Shown: positions 19,503 to 30,343, counted from the stretch's first letter. The stretch is 64,000 nucleotides of DNA from Spirochaetales bacterium (GCA_012797605.1 JAAZOT010000053.1:280-64279); one strand, 5' to 3'. The notes: generated from the letters alone by a model not told the origin. A program made the numbers and translations.

Positions 19503-20477
19503 ATGATTATAGTAACTGGTGGTGCTGGTTTTATAGGAAGTAATCTAGTCTATGGATTAAATCTGAGAGGGGTTTTCGATATCATAATTGTTGATAACCT
19601 AAAAAATTCTATTAAACATAGAAACTTAAATGCTTTGAAATTTTTAGATTTTGTAGATAAAAGATATTTCATTGAAAATTTAAGCAAATTTAAAAAAGCC
19701 GAGGTCATTTTTCATCAAGGTGCATGTTCAAATACTATGGAAACAGATGGGTACTATATGATAAATAACAATTATGAGTATAGTAAAACTATTTTGCATC
19801 ATTGCATTACTAACAATATAAGATTAATCTATGCATCTTCAGCCTCAGTTTATGGAAATGGTCTTCACGGATTTTCAGAAAAACCAGAATCTGAATATCC
19901 CCTCAATATCTATGCTTTTTCAAAGTATCTTTTTGATAATTATGTAAGAATGTACTTTGAAAGAGGAAAATTATGCTATAAAAGTTTCAAAAAAAAATCA
20001 ACACAGATAGTTGGCTTAAGATATTTCAATGTATATGGACCACAGGAAAACCATAAAAACACCATGGCTTCTACAATCTTTCATTTTTATAATCAAATAA
20101 TAAAAGAAAATAAGATGAAGCTTTTTGAAGGAAGTGAGAATTTCTTAAGAGATTTTGTCTATGTTGATGATATTGTCAAAATCAATCTATTTTTCTATGA
20201 AAAAGAAGATTTAAATGGAATATTTAATTGCGGAACAGGAAAAGCAGAAAGCTTTTTGAAAATCGCTAAGATACTTCAAAATTTTAATACAAATTCAGAT
20301 ATAGAATATATCCCATTCCCAGATCAATTAAAGGGGAAATATCAAACATACACTTGCGCAGATCTGACATTACTGCGAAATTCTGGATATATAGGTGATT
20401 TTACATCACTTGAAGAAGGAATAAAAAAATATTATTATTACTTAAAAGAAAATGGAGGCTATCTTACAAAAGGATAA
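19503..20477 (+). CDS. hldD: ADP-L-glycero-D-manno-heptose 6-epimerase
   Basis: MIIVTGGAGFIGSN, FHQGACSNT, YASSASVYG, YAFSK, GLRYFNVYGP and FNCGTG. AGGAG precedes ATG 19503; the track start is 19449. Confidence 0.92.
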   Translation: MIIVTGGAGFIGSNLVYGLNLRGVFDIIIVDNLKNSIKHRNLNALKFLDFVDKRYFIENLSKFKKAEVIFHQGACSNTMETDGYYMINNNYEYSKTILHHCITNNIRLIYASSASVYGNGLHGFSEKPESEYPLNIYAFSKYLFDNYVRMYFERGKLCYKSFKKKSTQIVGLRYFNVYGPQENHKNTMASTIFHFYNQIIKENKMKLFEGSENFLRDFVYVDDIVKINLFFYEKEDLNGIFNCGTGKAESFLKIAKILQNFNTNSDIEYIPFPDQLKGKYQTYTCADLTLLRNSGYIGDFTSLEEGIKKYYYYLKENGGYLTKG

Positions 20478-20569
20478 GCTTAAATTTTAAAAATATTATT
20501 TTTTTTAGATTAAAATCTACAAAAGTTATAACTTTTTTCGATTATATTCTAAAAAAGTAATAATTTATT

Positions 20570-21769
20570 ATGATTTTATCCGAAAATTTATTAAAAAGGT
20601 TAAATTATTCTATGATTAATAAAACAATAGAAAGGATATTAGAAAAACATATAATAGAACATTTATTTAAAGGAAAAATTATTATAATTTATGGCGCAAG
20701 ACAAGTAGGGAAAACTACTCTTGTTCAAATGCTACTCAATAAATTAGATAGAAATTACCTTTATCTAAATGCAGATGAAATTGATGTAAGAGAATTACTT
20801 GAAGATGCTACTTCAACAAAATTAAAGTCGATAGTAAAAAATAGTAGCATTGTATTTATAGATGAAGCACAAAGAATTAAAAATATTGGTTTAACATTAA
20901 AAATATTTGCAGATCAAATTAATGAAGTTCAAGTAATTGTTACTGGTTCTTCATCATTAGATTTGCTTAGCAAAATTAATGAACCATTGACTGGGAGAAA
21001 ATACGAATTTATTCTTTACCCATTATCATTTCAAGAACTGGTTAATAGCACTAGTATAATTGAAGAAAAAAGATTTCTTGAGTTCAGACTTATTTATGGT
21101 TATTATCCTGAAATAGTTTCTAAAAAAGTAGAAGAAAAGGAATTATTAAAACTTTTAGTAAATAGCTATTTATATAAAGATATACTAAATTTAGAAAAAA
21201 TTAAAAAACCACAAATTCTTGAAAAAATAGTTAAAGTTCTTGCTTTACAGGTAGGAAACGAAGTATCTTATAATGAGATAGCTCAGATTGTAGACTCTGA
21301 TAAGCAGACAGTCGAAAAATATATCTATTTACTTGAAAAATCTTTTGTGATATTTCGTTTGCAGTCATTTAGTAAAAATTTAAGAAATGAAATAAAGAAA
21401 AGTAAGAAAATATATTTTTATGATAATGGTATTAGAAATGCAATTATTGGTAATTTTAATCTATTAAGCAATAGAGTTGATAAAGGAGCATTATTTGAAA
21501 ATTTTCTTATTTCAGAAAGATTAAAATATATTTATTATAATAATATTAATTGTAATAGATATTTTTGGAGAACTAAACAGCAACAAGAAATAGATTATAT
21601 AGAAGAATTTGAAGATCTCGATAAACAGGTTAATATTTTAAATGCTTATGAATTTAAATTTAGCAAAAAAGCAAAACCAAAGTTTCCTAAAACTTTTACT
21701 AATATTTATAAAGAATCAAGAACAATGTTAATAACAGAAGATAATTTTGAAAACTTTTTAGGTTATTAG
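20570..21769 (+). CDS. AAA_14 ATPase with C-terminal DUF4143 (PD-(D/E)xK-like) domain
   Basis: GARQVGKTT, FIDEAQ, VTGSS, LTGRK, YFYDNGIRN, GALFENF and YFWRTKQQQEIDYI...EFK. The start may be ATG 20612. Confidence 0.88.
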   Translation: MILSENLLKRLNYSMINKTIERILEKHIIEHLFKGKIIIIYGARQVGKTTLVQMLLNKLDRNYLYLNADEIDVRELLEDATSTKLKSIVKNSSIVFIDEAQRIKNIGLTLKIFADQINEVQVIVTGSSSLDLLSKINEPLTGRKYEFILYPLSFQELVNSTSIIEEKRFLEFRLIYGYYPEIVSKKVEEKELLKLLVNSYLYKDILNLEKIKKPQILEKIVKVLALQVGNEVSYNEIAQIVDSDKQTVEKYIYLLEKSFVIFRLQSFSKNLRNEIKKSKKIYFYDNGIRNAIIGNFNLLSNRVDKGALFENFLISERLKYIYYNNINCNRYFWRTKQQQEIDYIEEFEDLDKQVNILNAYEFKFSKKAKPKFPKTFTNIYKESRTMLITEDNFENFLGY

Positions 21770-21781
21770 GTTAATATAAAG

Positions 21782-22243
21782 TTACCTTAATTTTTCAATG
21801 AATTGATCCAGTTTATCGTAATAATTTCCAGATTTTATTTCACTTTCTTTAATGCTAAAAGTGCAAAGAGGCTCTGTTGTAAGTTGTTTCATTTGATCAA
21901 ATATTTTACCTGGATTATCACCGCAGGTAGCAACAAATGCAACTTTATTCATCTTTTTCCCATTTTCAAATAGATAGGTTCTAATAGGTGAAGAAAGACT
22001 ACTAGCCCAAACTGGGGATAGTAGAACTACAAGATCATACTCACCAGGATTTTTTTCTGTTTTAGCAATCTTAGAAAGTTTTTGTGACACAGCTTCATAT
22101 CCAGAAATCATAAACCCCCAAAAACCCTTTCTATTTTTTAAATCTTTTATCTGTTCAATATCGCAACTCAATTTTTTAGCAATTTCATTTGCAATTTTTT
22201 CAGTAAGACCTGTTCTTGAATAAAACGTAACAAGAGTTTTCAT
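21782..22243 (-). CDS. Flavodoxin-like protein
   Basis: YSRTGLT phosphate loop, SPVW and FVATCG; GGAGG precedes ATG 22243. Confidence 0.82.
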   Translation of the reverse strand: MKTLVTFYSRTGLTEKIANEIAKKLSCDIEQIKDLKNRKGFWGFMISGYEAVSQKLSKIAKTEKNPGEYDLVVLLSPVWASSLSSPIRTYLFENGKKMNKVAFVATCGDNPGKIFDQMKQLTTEPLCTFSIKESEIKSGNYYDKLDQFIEKLR

Positions 22244-22369
22244 TTTAACCTCCAAAAATTTTTCTTGTTGAATTTTTTTTTAAAATTGTAATCTTTATTA
22301 GGTCAGTATTCTAATATCTATAATAGATTAATCATATTATTTTTAAATATCAACAAAAACAGAAAAATT

Positions 22370-22678
22370 ATGGAATCTACCATAACTAAAATTAGAACTA
22401 ACATTAAAAAGAAAGAAAAGATAGATGAACCACCTCAATATAAAGTAATAATGCATAATGATGATGTCACAACTATGGATTTCGTTGTGGCAATACTAAA
22501 AATGGTATTTCAAAAAAGTCATGAGGAAGCTGTTGATTTAATGCTGACAATTCATAATAATGGAAGTGCAGTTGTTGGTATTTATTCATATGATATTGCC
22601 ATTTCTAAAATAAACAAAACACATCAACTTGCTAGGGCAAATGGTTTCCCTCTAAGATGTACTTATGATAAAGCATAA
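22370..22678 (+). CDS. clpS: ATP-dependent Clp protease adaptor ClpS
   Basis: PPQYKVIMHNDDVTTMDFVV, IHNNGSAVVG and FPLRC. Confidence 0.95.
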   Translation: MESTITKIRTNIKKKEKIDEPPQYKVIMHNDDVTTMDFVVAILKMVFQKSHEEAVDLMLTIHNNGSAVVGIYSYDIAISKINKTHQLARANGFPLRCTYDKA

Positions 22679-22824
22679 TATTTTGTTTTATAATATATGC
22701 CTTTTATTAAAAAAGTGCTATATTATAATAGAATTGTTTTAAATTTTTTTTACTAAACAAATTATAAAGAGAATATATAAAATAGTTCAAAATATTAAAT
22801 AAAATAATTAGGAATAAGGAAATT

Positions 22825-25173
22825 ATGAAAATAACAAAAGAATTATCGGATATTATACAGGATTCCTTTATTGAAGCAAAAAAAAGAAAACATGAATTCG
22901 TTACACCTGAACATTTCCTTTACTGTTCATTAAAGTATCCTACCTTAAAAAGCATCTTTAAGATTTTAAAAGTCGATATCAAGCAGTTGAAAGAAGAATT
23001 AAAAATCTTTATTGAGACTAAGATTCCTGCTATTGATACTCAGAAAGAACCAGAACAAAGCTACCAATTGCAAAAGCTTTTTGAAATTGCTGTTACCCAT
23101 ATCTATAACTTAAAAAAGGAATTTATTTCAACGGAGGATTTGATAGTCTCGATTTTCAATCTTCAAGATTCTTATGCAACTTTTTTCCTTCAAAAATTCT
23201 CTTTAAGTAAATCGGTTTTACTTGAAATTATAAAATCAGATGAGTTTAAAAAGACGAGGTATCCTTCAGAAGATGATAGTTCTGATTCTTTAAATAATTT
23301 TTTTGACGAAGATGATGACTTAAATTCAAAAGATGATGAAAAAATTAATAAGAAAAATAAAATTACAAATTTTATCGTTGATTTAACAGAAAAAGCAAAA
23401 TTGAATGAACTAGCTCCATTTATTGGAAGAGATGATTTAATAGAAAGAGTAATGGAAATTCTATGTAGAAAATATAAAAACAATCCACTTCTTGTCGGAG
23501 AACCAGGAGTTGGTAAAACTGCGATTGTAGAAGGTCTTGCACAAAGGATTATTGAAAATAGAGTCCCTCACCAATTAAAAGGAATGAAAATATACTTGTT
23601 AGATCTTGGTTCTCTTATCTCTGGAACAAAATTTAGAGGTCAATTTGAGGAAAGAATAAAAAATATATTAAATACTATTAAGCAAGAAAAAAACTCTATC
23701 TTATTTATAGATGAAATTCACACAATTATAGGAGCTGGTTCAACTAGCAACTCTTCTCTTGATGCAGCAAGTTTAATCAAACCTTTTCTTACTTCTGGAC
23801 AGATAAGATTCATAGGATCTACAAGTTATGATGAATATAGAAAAGTTTTTGAAAAGGATAGACCTTTATCACGTAGATTTCAAAAGGTCGATATCCCCGA
23901 AACTTCATTTGATGAAACAGTTAATATCTTAGAATCAATAATACATATTTTTGAAGATCATCATAAAGTACAGTATACTAAAGAAGCCATAATATCTTCC
24001 GTTAAGTTAAGTCAAAAATACTTAAAAGAAAAGTTTTTACCAGACAAAGCCATCGATTTGATTGATGAATCTGGTGCACATGCTAGGATGTTTAATGCAA
24101 ATATAAAGAAAAAGATTATCATAGATGAAAAAGATATTCAAAATCTTGTTTCCAAAATCGCGAAAGTACCTGTTGAAATGCTTTCTTCGAATGAAAAAGA
24201 AGTTTTATCTAATCTTGAAGAAAAATTAAAAGGCAACATTATTGGGCAAGATCAAGCAATAAAGCAGGTGGTTGACAAAATCTTACTTGCTAGAAGTGGG
24301 CTTAAAAAAGAGGATAAACCAGTCGCATCATTTTTATTTGTTGGTCCTTCTGGAGTCGGAAAAACAGAGCTTTCCAAGCAACTTGCTAGATTCTTAAATA
24401 TCCCATTTTTGAGATATGATATGAGTGAATATCAAGAAAAGCATACTGTTTCTAGACTAATTGGAGCACCAGCTGGATATGTTGGATATGAAGAAGGTGG
24501 ACTTTTGACAAATAGTATCATCAAAAATCCATACTCAGTACTACTTCTTGACGAAATTGAAAAGGCTCATCCAGATATTTTTAATACCCTTTTGCAGATA
24601 ATGGATTATGCGACATTAACAGATAATAATGGACGAAAAGCTGATTTTAGAAATGTCATTATAATAATGACTTCAAATGCTGGAACAAGATACGCAAATA
24701 AAAAACAGATGGGATTTAATGGAACAAGTTTAAAAAACATTTCAATAAAAGAAGCATTGGAAAAATTTTTCTCTCCAGAGTTTAGAAATAGATTAGACGC
24801 TATTGTATTATTTAATGAACTTGGATTAGAACAAATCAAAGATATTGTCAAATTGCAGCTTAATGAATTTTCAAGAACCTTGCTTGAAAAAGGAATAGAA
24901 TTAAAATTCGATGATGAACTAGTCTCTTATATTGCTAATATATCCTATACACCAGAATTTGGTGCAAGGCAGATTGAGAGATTAATAGAAGAAAAGATTA
25001 AAAATAAATTTGTTACTTTTCTTGTGTTTAATAGGAAAGAGAATTATAGATATAAAGCAGAAATCTTGTATAATAAAGATAAGAAAGATGATCCTATAGA
25101 TTTTATCTTTAACCAGATAGATAAAATTAAAAATGATAAAAAAATCAAAAAGAAGAAGATAGAAAAAGTATAA
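22825..25173 (+). CDS. clpA: ATP-dependent Clp protease ATP-binding subunit ClpA
   Basis: HEFVTPEH N-domain, GEPGVGKT/FIDEIH and GPSGVGKT/LLDEIEK AAA modules, no middle coiled coil, MGF ClpP-docking loop; directly follows clpS. Confidence 0.93.
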   Translation: MKITKELSDIIQDSFIEAKKRKHEFVTPEHFLYCSLKYPTLKSIFKILKVDIKQLKEELKIFIETKIPAIDTQKEPEQSYQLQKLFEIAVTHIYNLKKEFISTEDLIVSIFNLQDSYATFFLQKFSLSKSVLLEIIKSDEFKKTRYPSEDDSSDSLNNFFDEDDDLNSKDDEKINKKNKITNFIVDLTEKAKLNELAPFIGRDDLIERVMEILCRKYKNNPLLVGEPGVGKTAIVEGLAQRIIENRVPHQLKGMKIYLLDLGSLISGTKFRGQFEERIKNILNTIKQEKNSILFIDEIHTIIGAGSTSNSSLDAASLIKPFLTSGQIRFIGSTSYDEYRKVFEKDRPLSRRFQKVDIPETSFDETVNILESIIHIFEDHHKVQYTKEAIISSVKLSQKYLKEKFLPDKAIDLIDESGAHARMFNANIKKKIIIDEKDIQNLVSKIAKVPVEMLSSNEKEVLSNLEEKLKGNIIGQDQAIKQVVDKILLARSGLKKEDKPVASFLFVGPSGVGKTELSKQLARFLNIPFLRYDMSEYQEKHTVSRLIGAPAGYVGYEEGGLLTNSIIKNPYSVLLLDEIEKAHPDIFNTLLQIMDYATLTDNNGRKADFRNVIIIMTSNAGTRYANKKQMGFNGTSLKNISIKEALEKFFSPEFRNRLDAIVLFNELGLEQIKDIVKLQLNEFSRTLLEKGIELKFDDELVSYIANISYTPEFGARQIERLIEEKIKNKFVTFLVFNRKENYRYKAEILYNKDKKDDPIDFIFNQIDKIKNDKKIKKKKIEKV

Positions 25174-25174
25174 G

Positions 25175-25873
25175 GTGAATAATAAAATTCAAATCTTAAA
25201 CAAAACGAATCTATCTTTTCCAAATGCTCAAAATGCACCGAAGGACTTCCCTTTAGCTATTGGTGGGGATTTAAGTGTAAAAAGACTTCTTCTTGCATAC
25301 AGAAGTGGTATTTTCCCTTGGTATAGCAGCAATTCGCCAATTCTATGGTGGTCACCTGACCCCAGGTTTGTCCTATTCGTTAATGAACTTCATATAAGTC
25401 AATCATTGAAAAAGAAGTTAAGAAAAAATCATTTTGATATAACTATAGATCAATCATTCGAACAAGTAATAACAAATTGCGCTAGAGTAAAAAGGAAAGA
25501 TGCTTCTGGTACATGGATCACAGATGAAATGATAAAAGCCTATATAGATCTTTATAAGGAAGGATATGCACATAGCATTGAAGCAAGAAAGGATGATAAA
25601 CTTGTTGGTGGATTTTATGGTGTATGTATTGGATCTATATTTTTTGGAGAATCGATGTTTCATATAGAACCAGATGCTTCAAAAATTGCTTTTGCTAAAT
25701 TCGTTAATATTTTGAAAGAAAAGACAGAAATTGATATTATTGATTGTCAAGTTTTTACAGATTACCTTGCAAGTTTTGGGGCAAGGCATATTCCAAGAGA
25801 AGAGTATTTAAAAATTTTAAGTGAAAGAATAGATAAAGATAATAAAATAGTCTGTTGGAAAAATCTTTTATAA
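25175..25873 (+). CDS. aat: Leucyl/phenylalanyl-tRNA-protein transferase
   Basis: LAIGGDL, AYRSGIFPW, WWSPDPR, TWIT, AHSIE and FFGESMF; GTG start 1 nt after the clpA stop. Confidence 0.95.
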   Translation: MNNKIQILNKTNLSFPNAQNAPKDFPLAIGGDLSVKRLLLAYRSGIFPWYSSNSPILWWSPDPRFVLFVNELHISQSLKKKLRKNHFDITIDQSFEQVITNCARVKRKDASGTWITDEMIKAYIDLYKEGYAHSIEARKDDKLVGGFYGVCIGSIFFGESMFHIEPDASKIAFAKFVNILKEKTEIDIIDCQVFTDYLASFGARHIPREEYLKILSERIDKDNKIVCWKNLL

Positions 25874-25917
25874 GCTCTTAATTTCAAATTAAAGTCAATT
25901 TTTGTTAAAGTCGATTC

Positions 25918-25946
25918 TTGACCATTTGCCTTATTTTAATTATATT
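25918..25946 (+). promoter_or_regulatory. Candidate sigma70 promoter for lon
   Basis: TTGACC-17 nt-TATATT. Confidence 0.5.
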
Positions 25947-26005
25947 TTATATAGTAATAATTGATTACAATAAATAAAAATAAACAATAAATTAAGGTTG
26001 AAAAT

Positions 26006-28375
26006 ATGAGTAATAAACTTGTTGAAATCGATAAAATCTTACCTTCAATTATGCCAATCTTCCCTGTCTCTCCTAAACCTCTTTTCCCTGGAATTTTTAT
26101 GCCTATAGATTTAGAGCTTGATGATGATTTATTAAAACTAAAAGAACCTTTAGAAAATAGTACATACCTTTGCGCATTATTATTAAAAGATTTAGATAAA
26201 GAATTTACCGAAGATAATCTTTATGATGTCGGAGTGGCAATCAAAATATTGAAAAGAAGCTTTATAAGTTCAAATGTTGTTTCTATGCTTTTTTATGCCG
26301 TGAAAAGGATAAAGGTAAAAAGATTTTTAAAAGATGAAAAAGGTTCCCTTCAGGCTGAAGTAGATTTTATTGAAGAGGATTTTGATCCCAACGACCCTGA
26401 AATACGCGCTTATCAAGCAACTATTATAGATATGGTAAGAACTTTAGCTGATCAGAATCATTTTTTCCTTCAAAGAGTCAAAGCAACAGTTTTTAATGCT
26501 GATTCTCCTTCTAAAGTAGCTGATTTTACTGCCTTTGTATTGGACTTAAATAGGGAAGAATATCAGAAAGTTCTTGAAATATTTGATATCAAAAAAAGGA
26601 TGCATAAAGTCATAGAACTTCTTAGAAATCAAATGCAGATTGCAGAGATTCAGCAAAAAATACATGACCAGATAAATGAAAAAATCGCAAATCAGCAAAG
26701 AGAGTTCTTCTTACGAGAGCAATTAAAAGCAATAAAAAAGGAACTTGGTATTTCAGGTGATGAAAGAAGCTTCGAGATTTCAAAATTCAGAAAACTGCTA
26801 AAAGAGATGAAATTCGAGGGAGAGATTTTAGAAAAAGTTGAGCAAGAAATTGAGAAACTTGAATTTATGGAACCTCAAAGCTCTGAATATGCCGTCATAA
26901 GAAACTGGTTAGATTTGGTATTTTCTTTACCGTGGAAAAAAGAAAGCAAAGAATCTATAGATTTAAAAAAAGCTCAAGCAATATTGGAAAAAGATCACTA
27001 TGGATTGGATGATGTAAAAAAAAGAATATTGGAATTCCTAGCTGTTAGAAAACTCAACAAAGAGATAAAGGGTTCTATAATCTGCCTAGTTGGACCTCCT
27101 GGAGTTGGAAAAACTTCTTTAGGTAAATCTATTGCTAGAGCTATGAATAGGAAATTCCATAGGTTTTCTCTTGGTGGTATGCGGGATGAAGCAGAAATAA
27201 AAGGTCATAGAAAGACTTATGTAGGAGCAATGCCAGGAAGAATTTTATCTGCTTTAAAAATTGTCAAGACCAAAAACCCTGTCATAATGCTTGATGAAAT
27301 AGATAAACTTGGTATCTCTTATCAAGGTGATCCTGCTGCAGCACTACTTGAAGTTTTAGATCCAGAGCAGAATTTTGAATTTAGGGATAATTATTTAGAA
27401 ATACCTTTTGACTTATCTCATATTTTCTTCATAACCACAGCAAATACACTCGATACTATTCCAAGACCTCTTTTAGACAGGATGGAAGTCATAAGACTTT
27501 CAGGTTATATAGATGAAGAAAAATATGAAATAGCAAAAAAATATCTTGTTCCAAAACAACTTAAAAAACATGGTTTGAAAAAAGATGATATTGTTTTTGG
27601 TAAAGAAGAGCTTCTTTATCTTATAAATAACTATGCGAGGCAGGCTGGTGTAAGAGATCTTGAAAAAGAGATAGAAAAAATATGTAGAAAAGTTGCGACT
27701 AAAATAGCATTAAAGGAAAATTATAATAAAAAACTGACAGAAGAAGATATTCGATCCTATCTTGGAGTACCAAAAATCAGAGACGATGAACTTATCAAAA
27801 TAACGAAACATGGATTAAGTATTGGACTTGCTTGGACAGAACTTGGTGGAGCAACTTTGGTCATTGAATCATTAAATATACCTAATTCAAAAGGTTTTAA
27901 GCTTACTGGTCAACTTGGTGATGTTATGAAAGAAAGTGCAAACATAGCTCTTTCATATGTAAGAAGCATTTGTGCAAATTATGGAGGAGATCCAAAATTT
28001 TTCGATGATAACGAAATTCATATTCATATACCAGAAGGAGCAACTCCAAAAGATGGTCCATCTGCTGGTATAACTTTAGCTACTTCACTTTTGTCTTTGG
28101 TAATAGGTAAAAAAATTAGAGAAAAAGTTGCAATGACTGGTGAACTGACTTTGACTGGTAGAGTACTTGGAATTGGTGGATTAAAAGAAAAGATTGTAGC
28201 TGCTAGACGAGCTCAAATTAAAGAAATAATACTTCCAAAGGAAAATGAAGTCGATTTTGAGGAAATACCTTCCTACTTAAAAGAAGGAATAAAATTTCAT
28301 TTTGTTGAAGAAGTAGATGAGGTTTTTAAGATAGTTTTTCCGCAAGATGCATTTAATAATCAATCTCAAAAATAG
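26006..28375 (+). CDS. lon: Endopeptidase La (LonA)
   Basis: LON N-domain, GPPGVGKT, RRKTY-like HRKTYVGAMPGR, LDEIDK, catalytic PKDGPSAG and GGLKEK. Confidence 0.96.
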   Translation: MSNKLVEIDKILPSIMPIFPVSPKPLFPGIFMPIDLELDDDLLKLKEPLENSTYLCALLLKDLDKEFTEDNLYDVGVAIKILKRSFISSNVVSMLFYAVKRIKVKRFLKDEKGSLQAEVDFIEEDFDPNDPEIRAYQATIIDMVRTLADQNHFFLQRVKATVFNADSPSKVADFTAFVLDLNREEYQKVLEIFDIKKRMHKVIELLRNQMQIAEIQQKIHDQINEKIANQQREFFLREQLKAIKKELGISGDERSFEISKFRKLLKEMKFEGEILEKVEQEIEKLEFMEPQSSEYAVIRNWLDLVFSLPWKKESKESIDLKKAQAILEKDHYGLDDVKKRILEFLAVRKLNKEIKGSIICLVGPPGVGKTSLGKSIARAMNRKFHRFSLGGMRDEAEIKGHRKTYVGAMPGRILSALKIVKTKNPVIMLDEIDKLGISYQGDPAAALLEVLDPEQNFEFRDNYLEIPFDLSHIFFITTANTLDTIPRPLLDRMEVIRLSGYIDEEKYEIAKKYLVPKQLKKHGLKKDDIVFGKEELLYLINNYARQAGVRDLEKEIEKICRKVATKIALKENYNKKLTEEDIRSYLGVPKIRDDELIKITKHGLSIGLAWTELGGATLVIESLNIPNSKGFKLTGQLGDVMKESANIALSYVRSICANYGGDPKFFDDNEIHIHIPEGATPKDGPSAGITLATSLLSLVIGKKIREKVAMTGELTLTGRVLGIGGLKEKIVAARRAQIKEIILPKENEVDFEEIPSYLKEGIKFHFVEEVDEVFKIVFPQDAFNNQSQK

Positions 28376-29525
28376 AAGGGACAAACCAATCCATTGTAAG
28401 CAGGTCTTTAAGACCTGCTCTTTCTTTATTCAAAATTTTTAATTCATTTTTGTTTGAATATAAAGGACCAGTAAATGGGTCAAATGAAATAAGCGGATCT
28501 TTAATCTGGTCATATCTTTGAATAATATAATCATAAAGATTCGTAACTTTGGAATTGATTTTTATCTTTTTATTTTTTAATATTTCTTTAGCTTCATCAG
28601 AAATCATACAACTATAGTTTTTCCCAAAAATCGCAGCATTAGAATTAGCAAACCAGTAATGAAGTTTTGGTTCTATTTTCCCAGATAAAATTTTGCTGAA
28701 AAGATTTGTATAGATCAAACCCCAGTTGACAAGCTGACCTGATACTATCACATCTGAGCCAAATTTATCCATAGGTGAATAGTGACTGAAAGTATATACT
28801 TTTCTTCCAGTTTTTTCATAATATTTTTGGCATGTCGTTGGAATAGAGGAACTATCTTCTGTATAAGCTATGATATCGATATTTTGTTCAATCATCTTCT
28901 GAGCTATATTTGATGTTTTAATAGGTGAATACCAGGAATTCAACCAATAAATAAAGACTTGAGCATCTGGATTTACTTCTTTTAATCCTATTGTAAATGC
29001 ATTTATATGTCGAATCAATTCTGGAATTTTATACCCTCCGATATATCCAACTTTACCATTTTTGGATAAACCACCACTTATAAGTCCATTTAAGTAATAT
29101 ATCTGATATACATCAATAAAATATGGAATTAGATTCTTCTTAGCAGTCATTCCAGCACATGAGAGGAAATAAATATCTGGATATAAATCAGCAAGCTTAA
29201 TAACATAAGAATCAAAACTATAACTTGTAGAAACAATTATCTTACATTTTTCCTTTTCAATCAGATCTTTTACTATATTTGTAAAATTTTCTGGCGATAC
29301 ACTTTCTCTATATATAATTTCAAGATTTTTGAAATTATTTCTTAGTTGAATTCTTCCAGCTTCGTGTGCATAAGTCCATCCAAAATCACCTATATCTCCA
29401 ATATAAACAAATGCTACCTTTACTTTATTATGTAATTTTTTTAATAAAATTTGCTGATGAATAATTATTATTATAAAGATAAAAATTAAAACTATTAGTA
29501 TAATAGTCTTAATATTATTTTTCAT
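28353..29525 (-). CDS. BMP/PnrA-family (purine nucleoside-type) substrate-binding protein
   Basis: VAFVYIGDIGDFGWTYAHEAGR, GKVGYIGG, IPELIRHINAF and WLNSWY. The N-terminal helix has no lipobox Cys. Confidence 0.88.
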   Translation of the reverse strand: MKNNIKTIILIVLIFIFIIIIIHQQILLKKLHNKVKVAFVYIGDIGDFGWTYAHEAGRIQLRNNFKNLEIIYRESVSPENFTNIVKDLIEKEKCKIIVSTSYSFDSYVIKLADLYPDIYFLSCAGMTAKKNLIPYFIDVYQIYYLNGLISGGLSKNGKVGYIGGYKIPELIRHINAFTIGLKEVNPDAQVFIYWLNSWYSPIKTSNIAQKMIEQNIDIIAYTEDSSSIPTTCQKYYEKTGRKVYTFSHYSPMDKFGSDVIVSGQLVNWGLIYTNLFSKILSGKIEPKLHYWFANSNAAIFGKNYSCMISDEAKEILKNKKIKINSKVTNLYDYIIQRYDQIKDPLISFDPFTGPLYSNKNELKILNKERAGLKDLLTMDWFVPSIFEIDY

Positions 29526-29537
29526 ATTTACTCATAT

Positions 29538-30341
29538 TTATGAATTGTTAAATTCATCGACAATTTGACAGGAAGAGGAAGAACCAATTCTATCAATTCC
29601 ATGCTCAATAAGTTCTTTTACAAAATCAAGAGTTTTAACTCCTCCGGAAGCTTTTACTTTTCTATCCCAAAATATCATTTTCATTAGAACAATATCTTCT
29701 AAAGTAGCTCCTTTATCTGAAAAACCTGTAGAAGTCTTAATAAAATCTGCTCCGCCGCAGTAAGCTAGTATAGAAGAAATAATCTTTTCTTCAAAAGTAA
29801 GAAAAGATGTTTCAAGAATTACTTTCAAACATTTTTCACCACAGGCCTTTTTCAAGCCAATTATTTCATCTATGACATACCTGTATTGCTTGTTTTTTAA
29901 CATAGAAAAATTTTGAACCATATCTATTTCATCAGCGGCAAAAGATAAGGCTCTCAATGTCTCCTCTTCTTTTGTTGTAGAAAAAGTATAACCTAAAGGG
30001 AATCCCACAACAGTTGCAACTAATAGATTCTGATATCTTGATTTTGCATATCCTACAAATGTCGGGGGGATGCATATTGCCTTAAAATTATACTTCATTG
30101 CTTCTTCAGCAAGTTTATCTACATTTTCATATTTGCAATCTGGTTTAAGATATGTATGATCGAAATATTGAGCGATTTTTCTTTCGTTTAAACTTAAAAC
30201 CAAGGAATTGTTTGGTCTATATTCTGTAATATTCTGGATGATCTTTTCTTTATAAGCAAAGATCTCTTCGACTTCTTTTCCTACCTCATCAAAAATAGGA
30301 TTCAATTTTTCTAAAATATCATTTTTAACTCTTTCAATCAT
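29538..30341 (-). CDS. deoC: Deoxyribose-phosphate aldolase with a ~50-aa N-terminal extension
   Basis: FDHTYLKP, VVGFPLG, ADEIDMV, LKVILET, GADFIKTSTGF, VKASGGVKT and RIGSSS. Confidence 0.93.
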   Translation of the reverse strand: MIERVKNDILEKLNPIFDEVGKEVEEIFAYKEKIIQNITEYRPNNSLVLSLNERKIAQYFDHTYLKPDCKYENVDKLAEEAMKYNFKAICIPPTFVGYAKSRYQNLLVATVVGFPLGYTFSTTKEEETLRALSFAADEIDMVQNFSMLKNKQYRYVIDEIIGLKKACGEKCLKVILETSFLTFEEKIISSILAYCGGADFIKTSTGFSDKGATLEDIVLMKMIFWDRKVKASGGVKTLDFVKELIEHGIDRIGSSSSCQIVDEFNNS

Positions 30342-30343
30342 AA

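Noticed and set aside
22256-26005. CIRCE or CtsR heat-shock operators at clpS, clpA or lon
   Set aside because: No TTAGCACTC-N9-GAGTGCTAA or CtsR heptad repeats found in these intergenic regions.
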